Below are positions 12,981 to 24,600 of a DNA stretch of 64,000 nucleotides, in pieces. The stretch lies in assembly GCF_006345805.1 (NCBI RefSeq), contig NC_042997.1, positions 44,640,001 through 44,704,000 on the forward strand, written 5' to 3'. Position 1 is the first letter of the stretch; every line of letters begins with the position of its first letter. Made by a program: the position numbers and the translations under genes. A model generated the notes under the pieces. It was not told where the DNA came from and ran no database searches. It worked only from the letters and a program-made list of their open reading frames with translations. Source of the DNA: Octopus sinensis. Its lineage: Eukaryota.

Positions 12981-13373
12981 TACTAGCAGTATCGCCCGGC
13001 GTTGCTCGGGTTTGTAAGGGAAATAACTATATAAGCATTTTTAGAGAGTTATAGCAAAAAAATGCATTAAAAATGGAAGAAAAATGATGGTAAATTTTTT
13101 TTTAAATCGTTGACTCATCGTAGACATTTTTAGAGAGTTACTTTCCTTATATAATAGCGAAAAAAATGCATTAAAATGGAAAAAAATGATGGTAAATTTT
13201 TTTTAAATCGTAGACTCATCGTAGATGCGCGCTAATACCCAGAAGGGCTCGATATGAATCACGACTATAAGATACCCAGTTTTGATTAAACTGCACCGCA
13301 AAATGTGGGAGTAGTTAGGAATTTAAATCGTAGGAGACAGACAGCACACAACTTCACTTTTATATATAAAGAT
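12981..13373 (+). mobile_element. Helentron/HINE-like non-autonomous element
   Basis: 5' ACTAG plus short hairpin cccggcgttgctcggg; 3' (ACAG)n...cacttttatatataaagat; internal tandem duplication; no TSD. Confidence 0.7.
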
Positions 13374-13393
13374 TTCTCTCATTTCTATTGCAG

Positions 13394-13809
13394 TAATTTC
13401 TGGAATTACAAATAAACCTGTCTCTGCAGTGACTGCTTACACTGCAGATGTCAGCCAGATCAAGCGTACCTCATCCATGAATCCAGCCACCATGTCAATG
13501 GACACATTGTATGGAGATGTGCCTGGATTCCAGATGTTGCCAATGATCCCGACCAGCCCATCCACGAACACATACCGTTTACTCATGTCGAAAGTTCCTC
13601 CACAGCCTCACTTAAACAAGAAGCATAAACGGAAAGAAGAGACTGACAGTAGTGATGAAGAATGTCAAACTCAAATCGAACGCCGTCTCAGTGTACGCCA
13701 AAGTGAGTGTGCTTTTAGATACAAAGAAATCGTTGTCAAAAAATCAAAGGGCTACACTCAAATATGGCTGAACACCCACACTGAACTAAGAAATGCTTTA
13801 AATCCACAG
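13394..13809 (+). CDS. CDYL: CDYL-like protein exon: low-complexity linker plus start of crotonase-like domain (...FRYKEIVVKKSKGYTQIWLNTHTELRNALNPQ)
   Basis: Acceptor ttctattgcAG at 13393 (alternative in-frame AG at 13429); donor CAG|GTAAGT at 13810. The C-terminal peptide resembles vertebrate CDYL 'YRDIVVRKQDGFTHILLSTKSSENNSLNPEV'. Phase 0 end matches the next exon. Confidence 0.9.
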
Positions 13810-13904
13810 GTAAGTAGCTTTTTTTGACACCTGTGAGAGCTTGTTTGTGTTTTAGTTCACAAAACTCTGTCAGTTAAAGTTGTTAGGTTCAACTCAATTT
13901 GCTC

Positions 13905-14215
13905 AAAGAACATCAGGTAACAAGAGTTTCCAAGCAATACCATTCTCAGCCAAGCTGCACTCTTCTTCCCAGTGTTACACCTATTTCAGTCAGGTCACTC
14001 TACACATTCCTTTGCCACACCTTTACTGGCCCGACTCTCTTTCTCCTTCCTCCTTCAGTTATCCACTGGATTGCTATCCTTGCTGGTGTTTCCAGTGCCA
14101 AGTGCAATGCCTGGCCAAGCAGCTTCCTTTGTCTAGCTGTGATTGTCTGTTGCCGTTCTCATGATTTCACCCTTTGTGTTGTGCTCATGCCAGCTGGTCT
14201 TCAGGATATTTCTAA
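13905..14215 (-). mobile_element. Old RTE-clade LINE 3' remnant (different family)
   Basis: Minus strand reads ARQRKLLGQALHLALETPARIAIQWITEGGRRKRVGPVKVWQRNV, the decayed RTE C-terminal motif (RWxGHxLR...WxPxGxRxRGRP). Confidence 0.6.
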
Positions 14216-15751
14216 GACACTGGCATCGAAAAGAAAATTCATCACATCACAAATCCTGTCTGTCACACTTACATACAATGCCATAGTTGAAGTCCCTTTC
14301 ATAATTATCGTCAGGCATAGAGGAGAAACCCCTCTTTTCTAAATTCATTATTTGTCAGTGGATGAGAGGTTTGGAACAAGATAAATAACAGGTGAGCTAA
14401 TGTTAACACTATACAGGTGAATGTAGTAAAATTTCAAGTTTTACTATACTAGTTTTCAATCATGAGTCACAATGGATTTTTCAGCCTTAAAAACCCAAAA
14501 ATCATTGCAAAACCAGAATTTCGCCTCTCTCTCCACTCACCCGCTGCCATACTGTTTTCTCTCCCTGCTCTTTTGTACTCCTACTGGGTTAATTAGAATG
14601 TAAACCCCTGTCAAATTAATTTGACCAAAAGTATACAGAATATTGTGTGTGTGTGTGTGTGGTGTGCGTGCGTGTGCGTGCGTGTGTGTGTGTGTGTGCG
14701 TGTGTGAGAGAGAGAGAGAGAGTACACACACATTGCTAGGATAATATTTAAATGCTGAGATAATTCAAATCAGAGTTGCTTCCCTTGCACTGTGAAGCGG
14801 CCTACTTTGTTGATCAAATTGACAATGTCATCTTGTGCTGTTCTGGGAAATTCGATGGACATACTGACAGGAAAGAAGTTTAAGGTTTCCCTATTGAGCA
14901 CTCAATCCATATTCATTTGAAAGTAATGTCTACAATATTCAGTGGATGCTACAGCAACTGGGACTTCATACCTATAAAATCGTATTTGTCAAACACAAAC
15001 ACGTGTGTAGTGAGAATTGTAGACATGAAATGTCAATTACGGTAGCATGTGTGTGTGGGGGTGAGAAAAAGAGAGGGGGGTGTAAATATTAGACCCTAAC
15101 TGAGAGGTCAGTGTTAAACTCTCAATCTAACCTTTCTAGTTGTAAACTATACACCACAAAGTAAGATCAATTTGTGAGCAACAGCATTGTGAAAATTGAC
15201 GAGTTGTTTATTAACTGGTGCTGCTAAATTTGACTCTTTCATTCCCTGTGGATTGCAGTGGCTTCATGTTTGAATCAAAGTTTGCTGGCTGGGTCAGTCC
15301 ATCTTGCTATCGAGTTCAGTCTCTGGGCCTGATTGCAAGTTGTCTGTGTAATGTTTTGTGTGCAAGCAACCATCATCAGATAAACATCTCTCAGCCTTAA
15401 AATATACTATCCATGTAGTTTGTGTACGTATATGCATAGATGGATGGACATGTGCATATATAGAAATCCAAATACTGTGTAACCATCCAGTGCTAACAGT
15501 GGGGTTAAATATATGTTCCTTTTTCACTTGTTACTTCCTAATCCCTTTTCAATGTTGCTTTAATACTTCTCTCCCCTGTTCACTTCTCTTTACTACTTAC
15601 CTAATGACTCTCTTACCTACCACTCATTTAACATTCACAGGTAACAAATATACTGAAAAGTAAGAAAATCACAAGTTGCTATATTAGTGTATTTGATTAG
15701 AAAATTTGCTATTTTTAAATCTCACGAGAGATATTCAGTTATAGTACTTTG

Positions 15752-15995
15752 GAGTAAAGATTGTTTGCCAACATAACATGGCAGTCCTGGTTTAGGACAA
15801 ATGTTGCTGCAATTTAGTCCCAGGAGACATTGTCTCCAGCTGGCTATATGACACAATCTGTCCCCTTGTTCCAAAATATAAGGACACAAATCATGTCGTA
15901 TAGCCAGCTGGAGATGATGTCTCCTGGGGCTAAATTACAGCAACATTAGTCCTAAACCAGGACTGCCATGTTATGTTGGCAAACAATCTTTACTC
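15752..15995. mobile_element. Fold-back MITE-like element
   Basis: ~105-bp inverted arms starting GAGTAAAGATTGTTTGCC; TTG on both flanks. Confidence 0.7.
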
Positions 15996-16882
15996 TTGTG
16001 TATTTGATGTTTTTGAAAGCAATAACTTTGGGTTACCCAATCCTCAGTTTGCTTTGTAAACTACAAGGTATAGATCCTCCCATTTTAGACATTGTAGTGA
16101 AAGTCCTGATGGTAATTAGGCTGGGAAATATAAATGGGCCAAGTGACTACATAGAAGCACTATGGATAGTTCTGGGCACAGGGATAACTGTGTGATCAAA
16201 AAGTTTGCTTTGCAATGACTTGGTTTTGGTTTTGATCACACTGCACAGCACCTTGGGCAAGTGTCTTCTACCTTAGTCTCATATTGATCTAGGCATTATG
16301 AGTGAAATTTGTCTATAGAGACTGTGGAAGTCTGTTGGTTGGATCATCCATGCTTTTGAGTGTTGAGGTTACTCTTGCTGCCCTGTTGAACTTCCTCTGC
16401 CATCTCGCCTTTTGGTGCTTTCTGCAGAGTCCACTCTCTTGTATGCACTTGGACTATGTCTCCAGGCTGGTGATAATTTCTTCACTTCCTTCTAGTTTCA
16501 GATGCCCTGATAAGGGTCATAACCACTACCCTTCCTCTTCTGTTTAAGCCTTAAAGAATAAATAAAAATAACAAAGTCAATTCACAATACATGTCTGTAT
16601 ACTATAAAGTAAATGATCAAACGTATACAAATGGGCCGAATGGGAAACGTCGATAATTTCTGTCTCTTATGAACTGCATAGAAGTGTGTGCATTATGGTT
16701 TGTGAACTGACTGAAGTGTGGTGGTCAACTGATAGTTTCTTCATCACCATAGATATTTTCTTTTGTTACTTAGAGAAACATTGGTGGCTTGTCTTTTTCC
16801 TGCCCTATACTATTCATAAATGCTTTATTTGTTGTTATTTCTTTTGTAAATATAAATTTGTTTTCTTCTTATCGTTTGCTAG

Positions 16883-17046
16883 GTTATTCAAGAAGTTGTG
16901 TCTGCCTTAAATTCTGCCAAATATGATGACAGTCATCTTGTGATGTTTTCCAGTCTTGGCAGTGTCTTTTGCTCTGGCATAGACCTCCATTTTCTGCTAA
17001 CTGGTGAACGTAAGGTACAAGCCAGAAAAATGGCAGATGCACTCAG
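16883..17046 (+). CDS. CDYL: CDYL-like exon (VIQEVVSALNSAKYDDSHLVMFSSLGSVFCSGIDLHFLLTGERKVQARKMADALR); absent from the ORF track
   Basis: tttgctAG acceptor, AG|GTAAGA donor, 164 nt (phase 0 to phase 2). Contains the crotonase oxyanion-loop motif FCSGIDL (CDYL FCCGLDF) and fills the gap between the flanking exons exactly. Confidence 0.92.
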
Positions 17047-17061
17047 GTAAGACTATATATA

Positions 17062-17714
17062 TGTGAGGGAGGGTCAAAAACTTAATGCACTCTTGTTTTT
17101 TTCAATGTATTTACACAAAGGCAAGGGATGAGCAATTCAGTCATTTTTCTATAGTTTCCTTCCTTTTCAATGCGCTTGGTCCCACGCTCCACAAGCTTGC
17201 ATATTCCCTCCAGGAAGAAGGTTTACGGTTGGTCGCACAACCATTTATGCACCACTTCCTTCACATCTTTATCTGTAGGAAATTGACAACCTTGTAAATC
17301 ATCTTTGAATGGTCAAAAGGTATGATAGTCAGAACTGGGCTGTGGGCAGGGTGTTTCAGCATCTAAAAACCCAATTGGTTAATGCTTTCATCAGTCTGGG
17401 TGGCCATGTGTGGGTGTGCATTGTCATGCAACAACGAAACTTTTTTGACAATAGGCAAAGCAATATATCTTGCACTGTTGATTGTACACCTTTTTTACAG
17501 AGAAATCGGATCACTGCTCCTTGCTCTTCTTTGGTGCACATTGCTAGTGGCGCAGCCATGCTTCACATTGTAAACTCCGAAAGAAAATGGCACGATCAGG
17601 CTCAAACTTTGATCATGCGACCACAACGGTAGCAACTATAAGCACGCATGCGCAGAAGGCAGTGTGACAATAGTGTTATGGTGGGAGTGCAGATAAGTTT
17701 TGACTTCCCCTTGT
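17062..17714 (-). mobile_element. Internally deleted mariner transposon
   Basis: Degenerate TIRs (gagggagggtcaaaaactta / taagttttgacttcccctt); N-terminal EEQGAVIRFL; C-terminal pieces equivalent to HDNARPH and HPxxSPDL...KLVERxxKxIEKEGNY. Confidence 0.8.
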
Positions 17715-18736
17715 GTGTGTATGTATATATATATATATAAATTAATTAATAAAACATATGCATATATACATACATATATGTATGTACCTACCTCTACATG
17801 TATATATACAGGACACCAAAAAAACGTCGAACACAATGAGAAACGAAAACATAAACACAAAACCAAGGAACTGGACATTTTTCTTAAACAACGAAAAAAT
17901 AGAGTACAGGACAAATAACACAAGGAAAATTCCCCTTCTTCAGTCGCCATGGTTTCATCTACTCTGCGTTAATAACAATTTAATAAATAAAACATATGCA
18001 TACATACATACATACATACATATATGTACATAACTACATCTATATGTATATATACATGCATTATATATATATAAGGAGTGGCTGTGTGGTAAGTAGCTTG
18101 CTAACCAACCACATGGTTCCGGGTTCAGTCCCACTGCGTGGCATCTTGGGCGAGTGTCTTCTGCTATAGCCCCGGGCCGACCAATGCCTTGTGAGTGGAT
18201 TTGGTAGACGGAAACTGAAAGAAGCCTGTCGTATATGTGTGTATGTGTTTGTGTGTCTGTGTTTGTCCCCCTAGCATTGCTTGACAACCGATGCTGGTGT
18301 GTTTGCGTCCCCGTCACTTAGCGGTTCGGCAAAAGAGACCAATAGAATAAGTACTGGGCTTACAAAGAATAAGTCCCGGGGTCGATTTGCTTGACTAAAG
18401 GCGTTGCTCCAGCATGGCCGCAGTCAAATGACTGAAACAAGTGAAAGAGAGTAAAGAGAATATGGCAACTTGAACCAATCTCCCATATTTACATGTGTGT
18501 GTCCGTGTGTCCGTGTCCCTGTTCAAAGCAATCTAACTCAAGGGACATAATTCTGTAAGACATTGCAACCTAGCAGAGAACACATTTAATTCATGACATA
18601 TTTTCATTAAATATTATTTTCTACTTCTACTTCTCCCCCTCCATTCCCTATCCTTTCTACAGCCATTCACTTTTTCCCTTAGTTTTGCTTTTATCTTACA
18701 ACATTCTATGAAAAGTATAACATTTCCTTAACTGCA

Positions 18737-20333
18737 TTCATCATCATTGTCGTTGTTTAACATCTGCTTTCCATGTTGGCATGGGTTGGACGGTTCGACC
18801 GAGGACTGGTGAGCCATAGAGGCTGCACCAGGCTCCAGTCTGATCTGGCAAAGTTTCTACAGCTGGATGCCCTTCCTAACACCAACCACTTTTATGTGCC
18901 ACTGGCATATGTGTCAGTCAGGCGACGCTGGCAATGACCACGCTCAAATGGTGCTTTTTATGTGCCACCGGCATGGGAGCCAATCAGTGTCCCTGGCAAT
19001 GATCATTCTCGGATGGTGCTTTTAACGTTCCACTGGCACTCTTGCCAATCAGGTGGTACTGTCATCGGCCACGTCAGCAATTTTGATTTCACTTGATTCA
19101 ACAGGTCTTTGCAAGCAAAGTTCATTGTCCAATGAATGAGGAGTACTCATAAGTGGGCTGGTTACACCGACTGGCATAGGCCACGCTTATGGTCTCACTT
19201 GGCTTGCTGGGTCTTCTCAAGCACAGCATATCTCCAAAGGTCTCGGTCACTAGTCATTGCCTTAGTGAGGCCCCATGTTCGAAGGTTGTGCTTCATCACC
19301 TCATCCCAGGTCTTCCTGGGTCTACCTCTTCCACAGGTTCCCTCAACTGCTAGGGTGGGACACATTTTCACACAGCTGTTCTCATTCATTCGCAACATAT
19401 GACCATACCAGCGTAGTCGTCTCTCTTGCACACCCCATTTGATGCTTCTCAAATCCAACTTTTCTCTCAGGGCGCTTACACTCTGTCGTGTATGCACACT
19501 GACATTACACATCCAGTGAAGCATACTGGCTTCTTTCCTTCCAAGCTTAAGCATGTCCTCAGCAGTCACGACCCATGTTTCACTGCCATGTAGCATAGCT
19601 GTTTGTATACATGCGTCATACAGTCTACCTTTTACTCTGAGTGAGAAGCCCTTTGTCACCAGCAGAAGGAGGAGCTCTCTGAACTTTGCCTAGGCTATTC
19701 TTATTCTAACAGCTACACTCTCAGAGAATCCACTCTCACTACAGACTTGGTCTCCTAGGTAATGGAAGCTATCAACTACTTCTAGTTTTTCTCCCTGGAA
19801 TGTGGCAGAAGCTGTTCTCTGCACATTTTCAGGGTTTATTGCTCCTGAGCATTTGCCACGTACAAAAACTATCTTCCCAGTTTGCCTTCCTTTGATATTG
19901 CTGCACCTCTTATGTGTCCATAGTTTACACTGGGTACATCTTATAGAGTTTCTACCTACGCCTCTACTACAGATTGAACAGGGCCATCTACCTGAAGGCA
20001 TTTGTGGTTCGTCTGCCTTCCTACTTATTAAGACTTTGGTTTTAGCAAGGTTGACTCTAAGGCCCTTAGATTCTAATCCTTGCTTTCACACCTGAAACTT
20101 TTCCTCTAGTTCTGATAGTGACTCAGCAATTAGAGCAAGGTCATAAGCATAGAGAAGCTCCCAGGGGCATCCTGTCTTGAATTCTTCTGTTATTGCCTGG
20201 AGGACCATGATGAATAAGAGGGAGATGAGGATTGATCCTTGGTGGAATCCTACCCCTACTCGGAATTCTTCACTACTCATTGCCAACCCTCACCTTACTG
20301 ACAGCATCCCTGTACATGGCTTGCACAGCTCTC
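18737..20333 (-). mobile_element. RTE-clade LINE 3' fragment (same family), frameshifted
   Basis: ORF pieces 20086-20286, 19690-20001 and 19195-19659 are homologous to 30610-31503; (GAT)n-type tail at 18737. Confidence 0.9.
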
Positions 20334-20826
20334 ACTAACCATTCATCTATCCCCTAGTTTCCTCATTGACCACCAGATAAGGGATTGAGGGAATGATAAT
20401 GATGGCTTCAAATTTTGGGGGCCAGTGGGTAAGTCAATTACATCGATCCCAGTGTTCAACTGGTTCTTAATTTATTGACCCCGAAAAGATGAAAAATGTA
20501 AGAACAGAGGAAATACCACTAAGCATTTTGCACAGCATGCTAACGATTCTGCCAGCTCCCTGCATGAATAATAATAATAATAATAATATTCCTTTCTACA
20601 AAAGGCACAGACTTGAAATCCCAGGGAAGGGGATAGTCGACTACATCGAACCCAGTTTTCCATTGGTACTTAATTTATCGACCCCAAGAGGATGAAAAGT
20701 TAAGCCAACCTCAGTTGAATTTAAACTCCGAATGTACCAACAGACAAAATACCGCTAAGCATTTCACCTGGGTTGCTAACAATTCTGCCAGCTCACCACC
20801 TTGTTGTTGTCGGCGGCAGCGGTGGC

Positions 20827-20857
<31 letters not shown>

Positions 20858-22417
20858 GTAATTGTAATAGTAATAGTAGTAATTGTAATAGTAATAATAA
20901 TAATAATAATAATTGTTTCTAACATAAGATACAAGGCCTGAAATTTAGGAAGGACGAGGTTTGTTGATGAATTCAATCCTAAAACTTGATATCTGACCGA
21001 TACTTTATCAACCACTAATGTTTGAAAGTCAAAGTTGACTGCAGCAGGAATTGAACACAGTGCCAGAACAAATACTGCCAAGCATTTTGTTTGTTTCTGA
21101 TGCTCTTAGCCATTCTGCCAATCCACTGTTCTCAGTTGCTTCTAACATGGGTGTAAGACTTGTAATTTTGGTGGGTTGCTTGACTGGTACTGTATTTTAA
21201 TGGCCCTTAAATGGATTAAAGGCAAAATTGGCTTGGTAGGCTTTCCTGCAAAGAATTGCATAAACTAACTGGTAACGTAGAGAGTAAATTTCTGAGGGGT
21301 TGAATTTTTAATTAAAACGTTTTTTATGACATCCTGCATCCTTCAAAACTTCCATGCTTTCTGAGATTCGCCAACACTACACCTGATTTTCTCCCCTCCA
21401 TACACACACAAGCACGTATCTGACTCATACACTGTTCACTTTCCAGACATTTCTACATTACTGCATATGCTTTATACGCACTTTTGACTAGTTGTGGTGC
21501 ACCTGAGCACTGTATACAATAATTTAATTATTATTTATATTATTATTTATATAAACTTTGAAAGCAGTGAAGTTGTGAAAGGTTAAATTAGCATATCTAA
21601 CCCTTTAGCATTCAGATTACTCTAATAATGAGTATTCACATTGTTTGAATTAACCATGCATTATCTCATGCCTTTGAGATTTTGATGATGTGATTGTTTA
21701 TATTTAGAATGACATTGTAGGGTAGGCATGAGAGACCAAATTGGATCAGTTTGAACATGAAACAAGTAGAATATTTGGGCTGGAAATGGTTGGTTTAACC
21801 CTTTAGCATTTAAACCGGCCATATCCGGCCAAAAGTATTCTGCCTGTTTTATGTTCAAACTGGCCAGATCTGGTCTCTCACACCAACCCTACAATATCGT
21901 TTTAAAAATTAACAGGTCATAGCTACAAGATAATGCCTGATTAGTTCAACACAATGTGGATGAAGAAGCATAATTTTGGCAGAATAATACGAACACTAAA
22001 GGGTTAAAATAATGTGTATCCTGATTTATTGTTGGGTTAGCAGCTCCTTTTGTTAAAGGTAGCTTTTATCTGAATAGATCTCATAATTTCATTAGAAGAG
22101 AAAGTATTCTCCTTGACAATTATAAGACAGGGGAAAATAAACACACTTATAAATTTTCATTTTTATTGAGCAAATAAAATAACTATTAATCATGAATTCT
22201 GTGAAGTTAGTATAAATGGGTGAAAAAGTAACCATTCATATTAAATATTCTCCCTCAAATTACCTTCTACCATTTCAATGTAGGGATTTCATTGTTAATT
22301 TTTCAATAACTGGTACTTAGTATTTCTCATAAAAGAACATTAATCATATGTAACAGTTTTGCTACCTTTCTATATGCTTTCCATTATTTCATTTGATTTT
22401 TTTCCCTCCCTTTGCAG

Positions 22418-22628
22418 AGAGTTTACTAAGGCCTTTATAACTTTTCCCAAACCAATTGTGGCTGTTGTTCCTGGAGCTGCCATAGGTACTGGCATGGCTA
22501 TACTTCCTATCTGTGATATTACATATGCCAGTGACAAAGCAACATTCTATTTACCTTATTCTCAACTGGGACAGACTCCAGAAGCTTGTGCCTCTTACAC
22601 ACTTCCTCTTGCTGTTGGTATTGCAATG
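22418..22628 (+). CDS. CDYL: CDYL-like exon (EFTKAFITFPKPIVAVVPGAAIGTGMAILPICDITYASDKATFYLPYSQLGQTPEACASYTLPLAVGIAM)
   Basis: Pyrimidine tract plus tttgcAG; donor ATG|GTATGT; 211 nt (phase 2 to 0). KPIVAVVPGAAIG matches the crotonase signature KPIIVAVNGPAIG. Confidence 0.95.
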
Positions 22629-22677
22629 GTATGTATGCTACTTTAAAAACAAACAAACATGATTTATAACATATATA

Positions 22678-23071
22678 ACTAGCAGTATCGCCCGGCGTTG
22701 CTCGGGTTTGTAAGGGAAATAACTATATAAGCATTTTTAGAGAGTTATAGCAAAAAAACGCATTAAAAATGGAAAAAAAAATTATGGTAAATTTTTTTTT
22801 AAATCGTTGACTCATCGTAGACATTTTTAGAGAATTACTTCCCTTATATAATAGCGAAAAAATGCATTAAAATGGAAAAAATGATGGTAAATTTTTTTTT
22901 AAAATCGTAGACTCATCGTAGACGCGCGCTAATACCCAGAAGGGCTCGATATGAATCACGACTAAAAGATACCCGGTTTTGGTTAAACTGCACCGCAAAA
23001 TGTGGGAGTAGTTAGGAATCTAAATCGTAGGAGACAGACAGACACACAACCTTACTTTTATATATAAAGAT
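22678..23071 (+). mobile_element. Helentron/HINE-like element (second copy)
   Basis: Near-identical to 12981-13373. Confidence 0.75.
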
Positions 23072-23326
23072 AACTCATCAGCACACACAATATATCATAT
23101 GCAAATAATACAAACTTCTAGCAAGATGGCTGTTAGACATATTACAATAGTTCCTTTTCTTGTTCTCTCCCTTTTTATTTCTAGATGTTATCTTAATGTT
23201 AATTAAGTTAATGACCATGTTCTAATCAATTGGCCATTGTAACTATTATATCGTTACAGAAAGAGGTTGCAGATATTTTTGCAGAATAAACAGTACCCTA
23301 ACAACATAATGTTACGTGTCATTTAT

Positions 23327-23670
23327 CATCATCATCATCATCGTTTAACGTCCGTTCTCCATGCTAGCATGGGTTGGACGGTTCGACCGGGGATCTGGGA
23401 AGCCAGAAGGCTGCACCAGGCTCCGGTCTTATCTGGCAATGTTTCTACAGCTGGATGCCCTTCCTAACGCCAACCACTCCGTGAGTGTAGTGCGTGCTTT
23501 TTACGTGCCATCTGCACAGGTGCCAGGCGAGGCTGGCAACGGCCACGGTTGGATTGGTGTATTTTATGTGCCACCGGCACGGAAGCCGGTCGAGGCGGCG
23601 CTGGCATCGGCCACGATTCGGATAGTGCTTTTTACGTATCTCCAGTCCAGGGGTCTGCCGGGTGCCAGTC
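23327..23670 (-). mobile_element. RTE-tail-related repeat; further copies at 12520-12850, 24765-25165, 37555-37850 and short pieces at 57183 and 58260
   Basis: (CAT)n followed by the shared gtttaacgtccgttctccatgctagcatggg module. Confidence 0.75.
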
Positions 23671-23806
23671 ATAGGATTATATAATATAGAATGCCTTTAG
23701 ATACTGCTTTGCACTGCTGCATCATTGCTTGTCATTTCCTTCATAGGGTTTAGTATTCTTCAACAGTCTTCTTCCTCGGGCTCCTTGCACTTGGATTACT
23801 TGGTCT

Positions 23807-24600
23807 GGATCTTTTCCTTTTGAACGGCAGTTTTTAACATAATTTCTAGGTAACTAAAAAGTTTTAAACTTCGTATACTGGTAGAATGTGTTTATAAAGC
23901 ATCATTTTTTCTTGGCTTTATTGAGAAAATTCTATAGGTTGTAACATATTTTGTCTAAAATTTGTTGCATTTTTGGCAATTTTAACCAATCGATTACCTC
24001 CATTGACGTAAATAACATTCTGTGCATAGTGAATATGTCCCTCGTTTAAGAAAAAGATTGGGTTTATTTACATTTGTGAAGAAAACAGATACCCTTCCCC
24101 CACCTCTAACCCTAACCCTAACTCTAACCCTAAATCTAAAATAGATTGAAATGCAATAGATCGATACTAGGGTTATAATTATGGGTGAAAATTTCATACG
24201 ACACTGCTATAAAAAACTTAGCAGTGTCGTATGAAATTGTTACCCATAATTATAACCTAGTATCGATCTATTGCATTTCAATCTATTTTAGATTTAGGGT
24301 TAGGGCAGGGGGAAGGTATCTTTTTTCTTCACAAATGTAAATAAACCCAATCTGTTTCTTAAACGAGGGACATATTCATATGGCACAGAAGTTGTTTATG
24401 TCAATGGAGGTAATCGATTGGTTAAAATTGCCAAAATGCAAGAAATTTAAGACGAAATATGTTACAACATATAGAATTTTCTCAAGAAAGCCAAGAGAAA
24501 ATGATGTTTTATAAACACATTCTACCAGTATACGAAGTTTAAAAGTGTTTAGTTACGTGGAAATTATGTTAAAAACCCCCGTTCAAAAGTGAAAAGATCC
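23807..24600. repeat. ~790-bp palindrome of two diverged head-to-head repeat copies containing (TAACCC)n/(TTAGGG)n
   Basis: Arms 23807-24209 and 24219-24600, 9-nt loop, termini GGATCTTTTC...GAAAAGATCC. Confidence 0.85.

Noticed and set aside
13899-14342. 147-aa + strand ORF just after a CDYL exon
   Set aside because: It is the antisense of a decayed RTE C-terminus, and the CDYL frame splices cleanly without it.
24103-24140. Interstitial telomere or chromosome-fusion site
   Set aside because: Only 2-4 imperfect hexamers, embedded at the same position in both copies of a dispersed repeat; not a true telomeric array.
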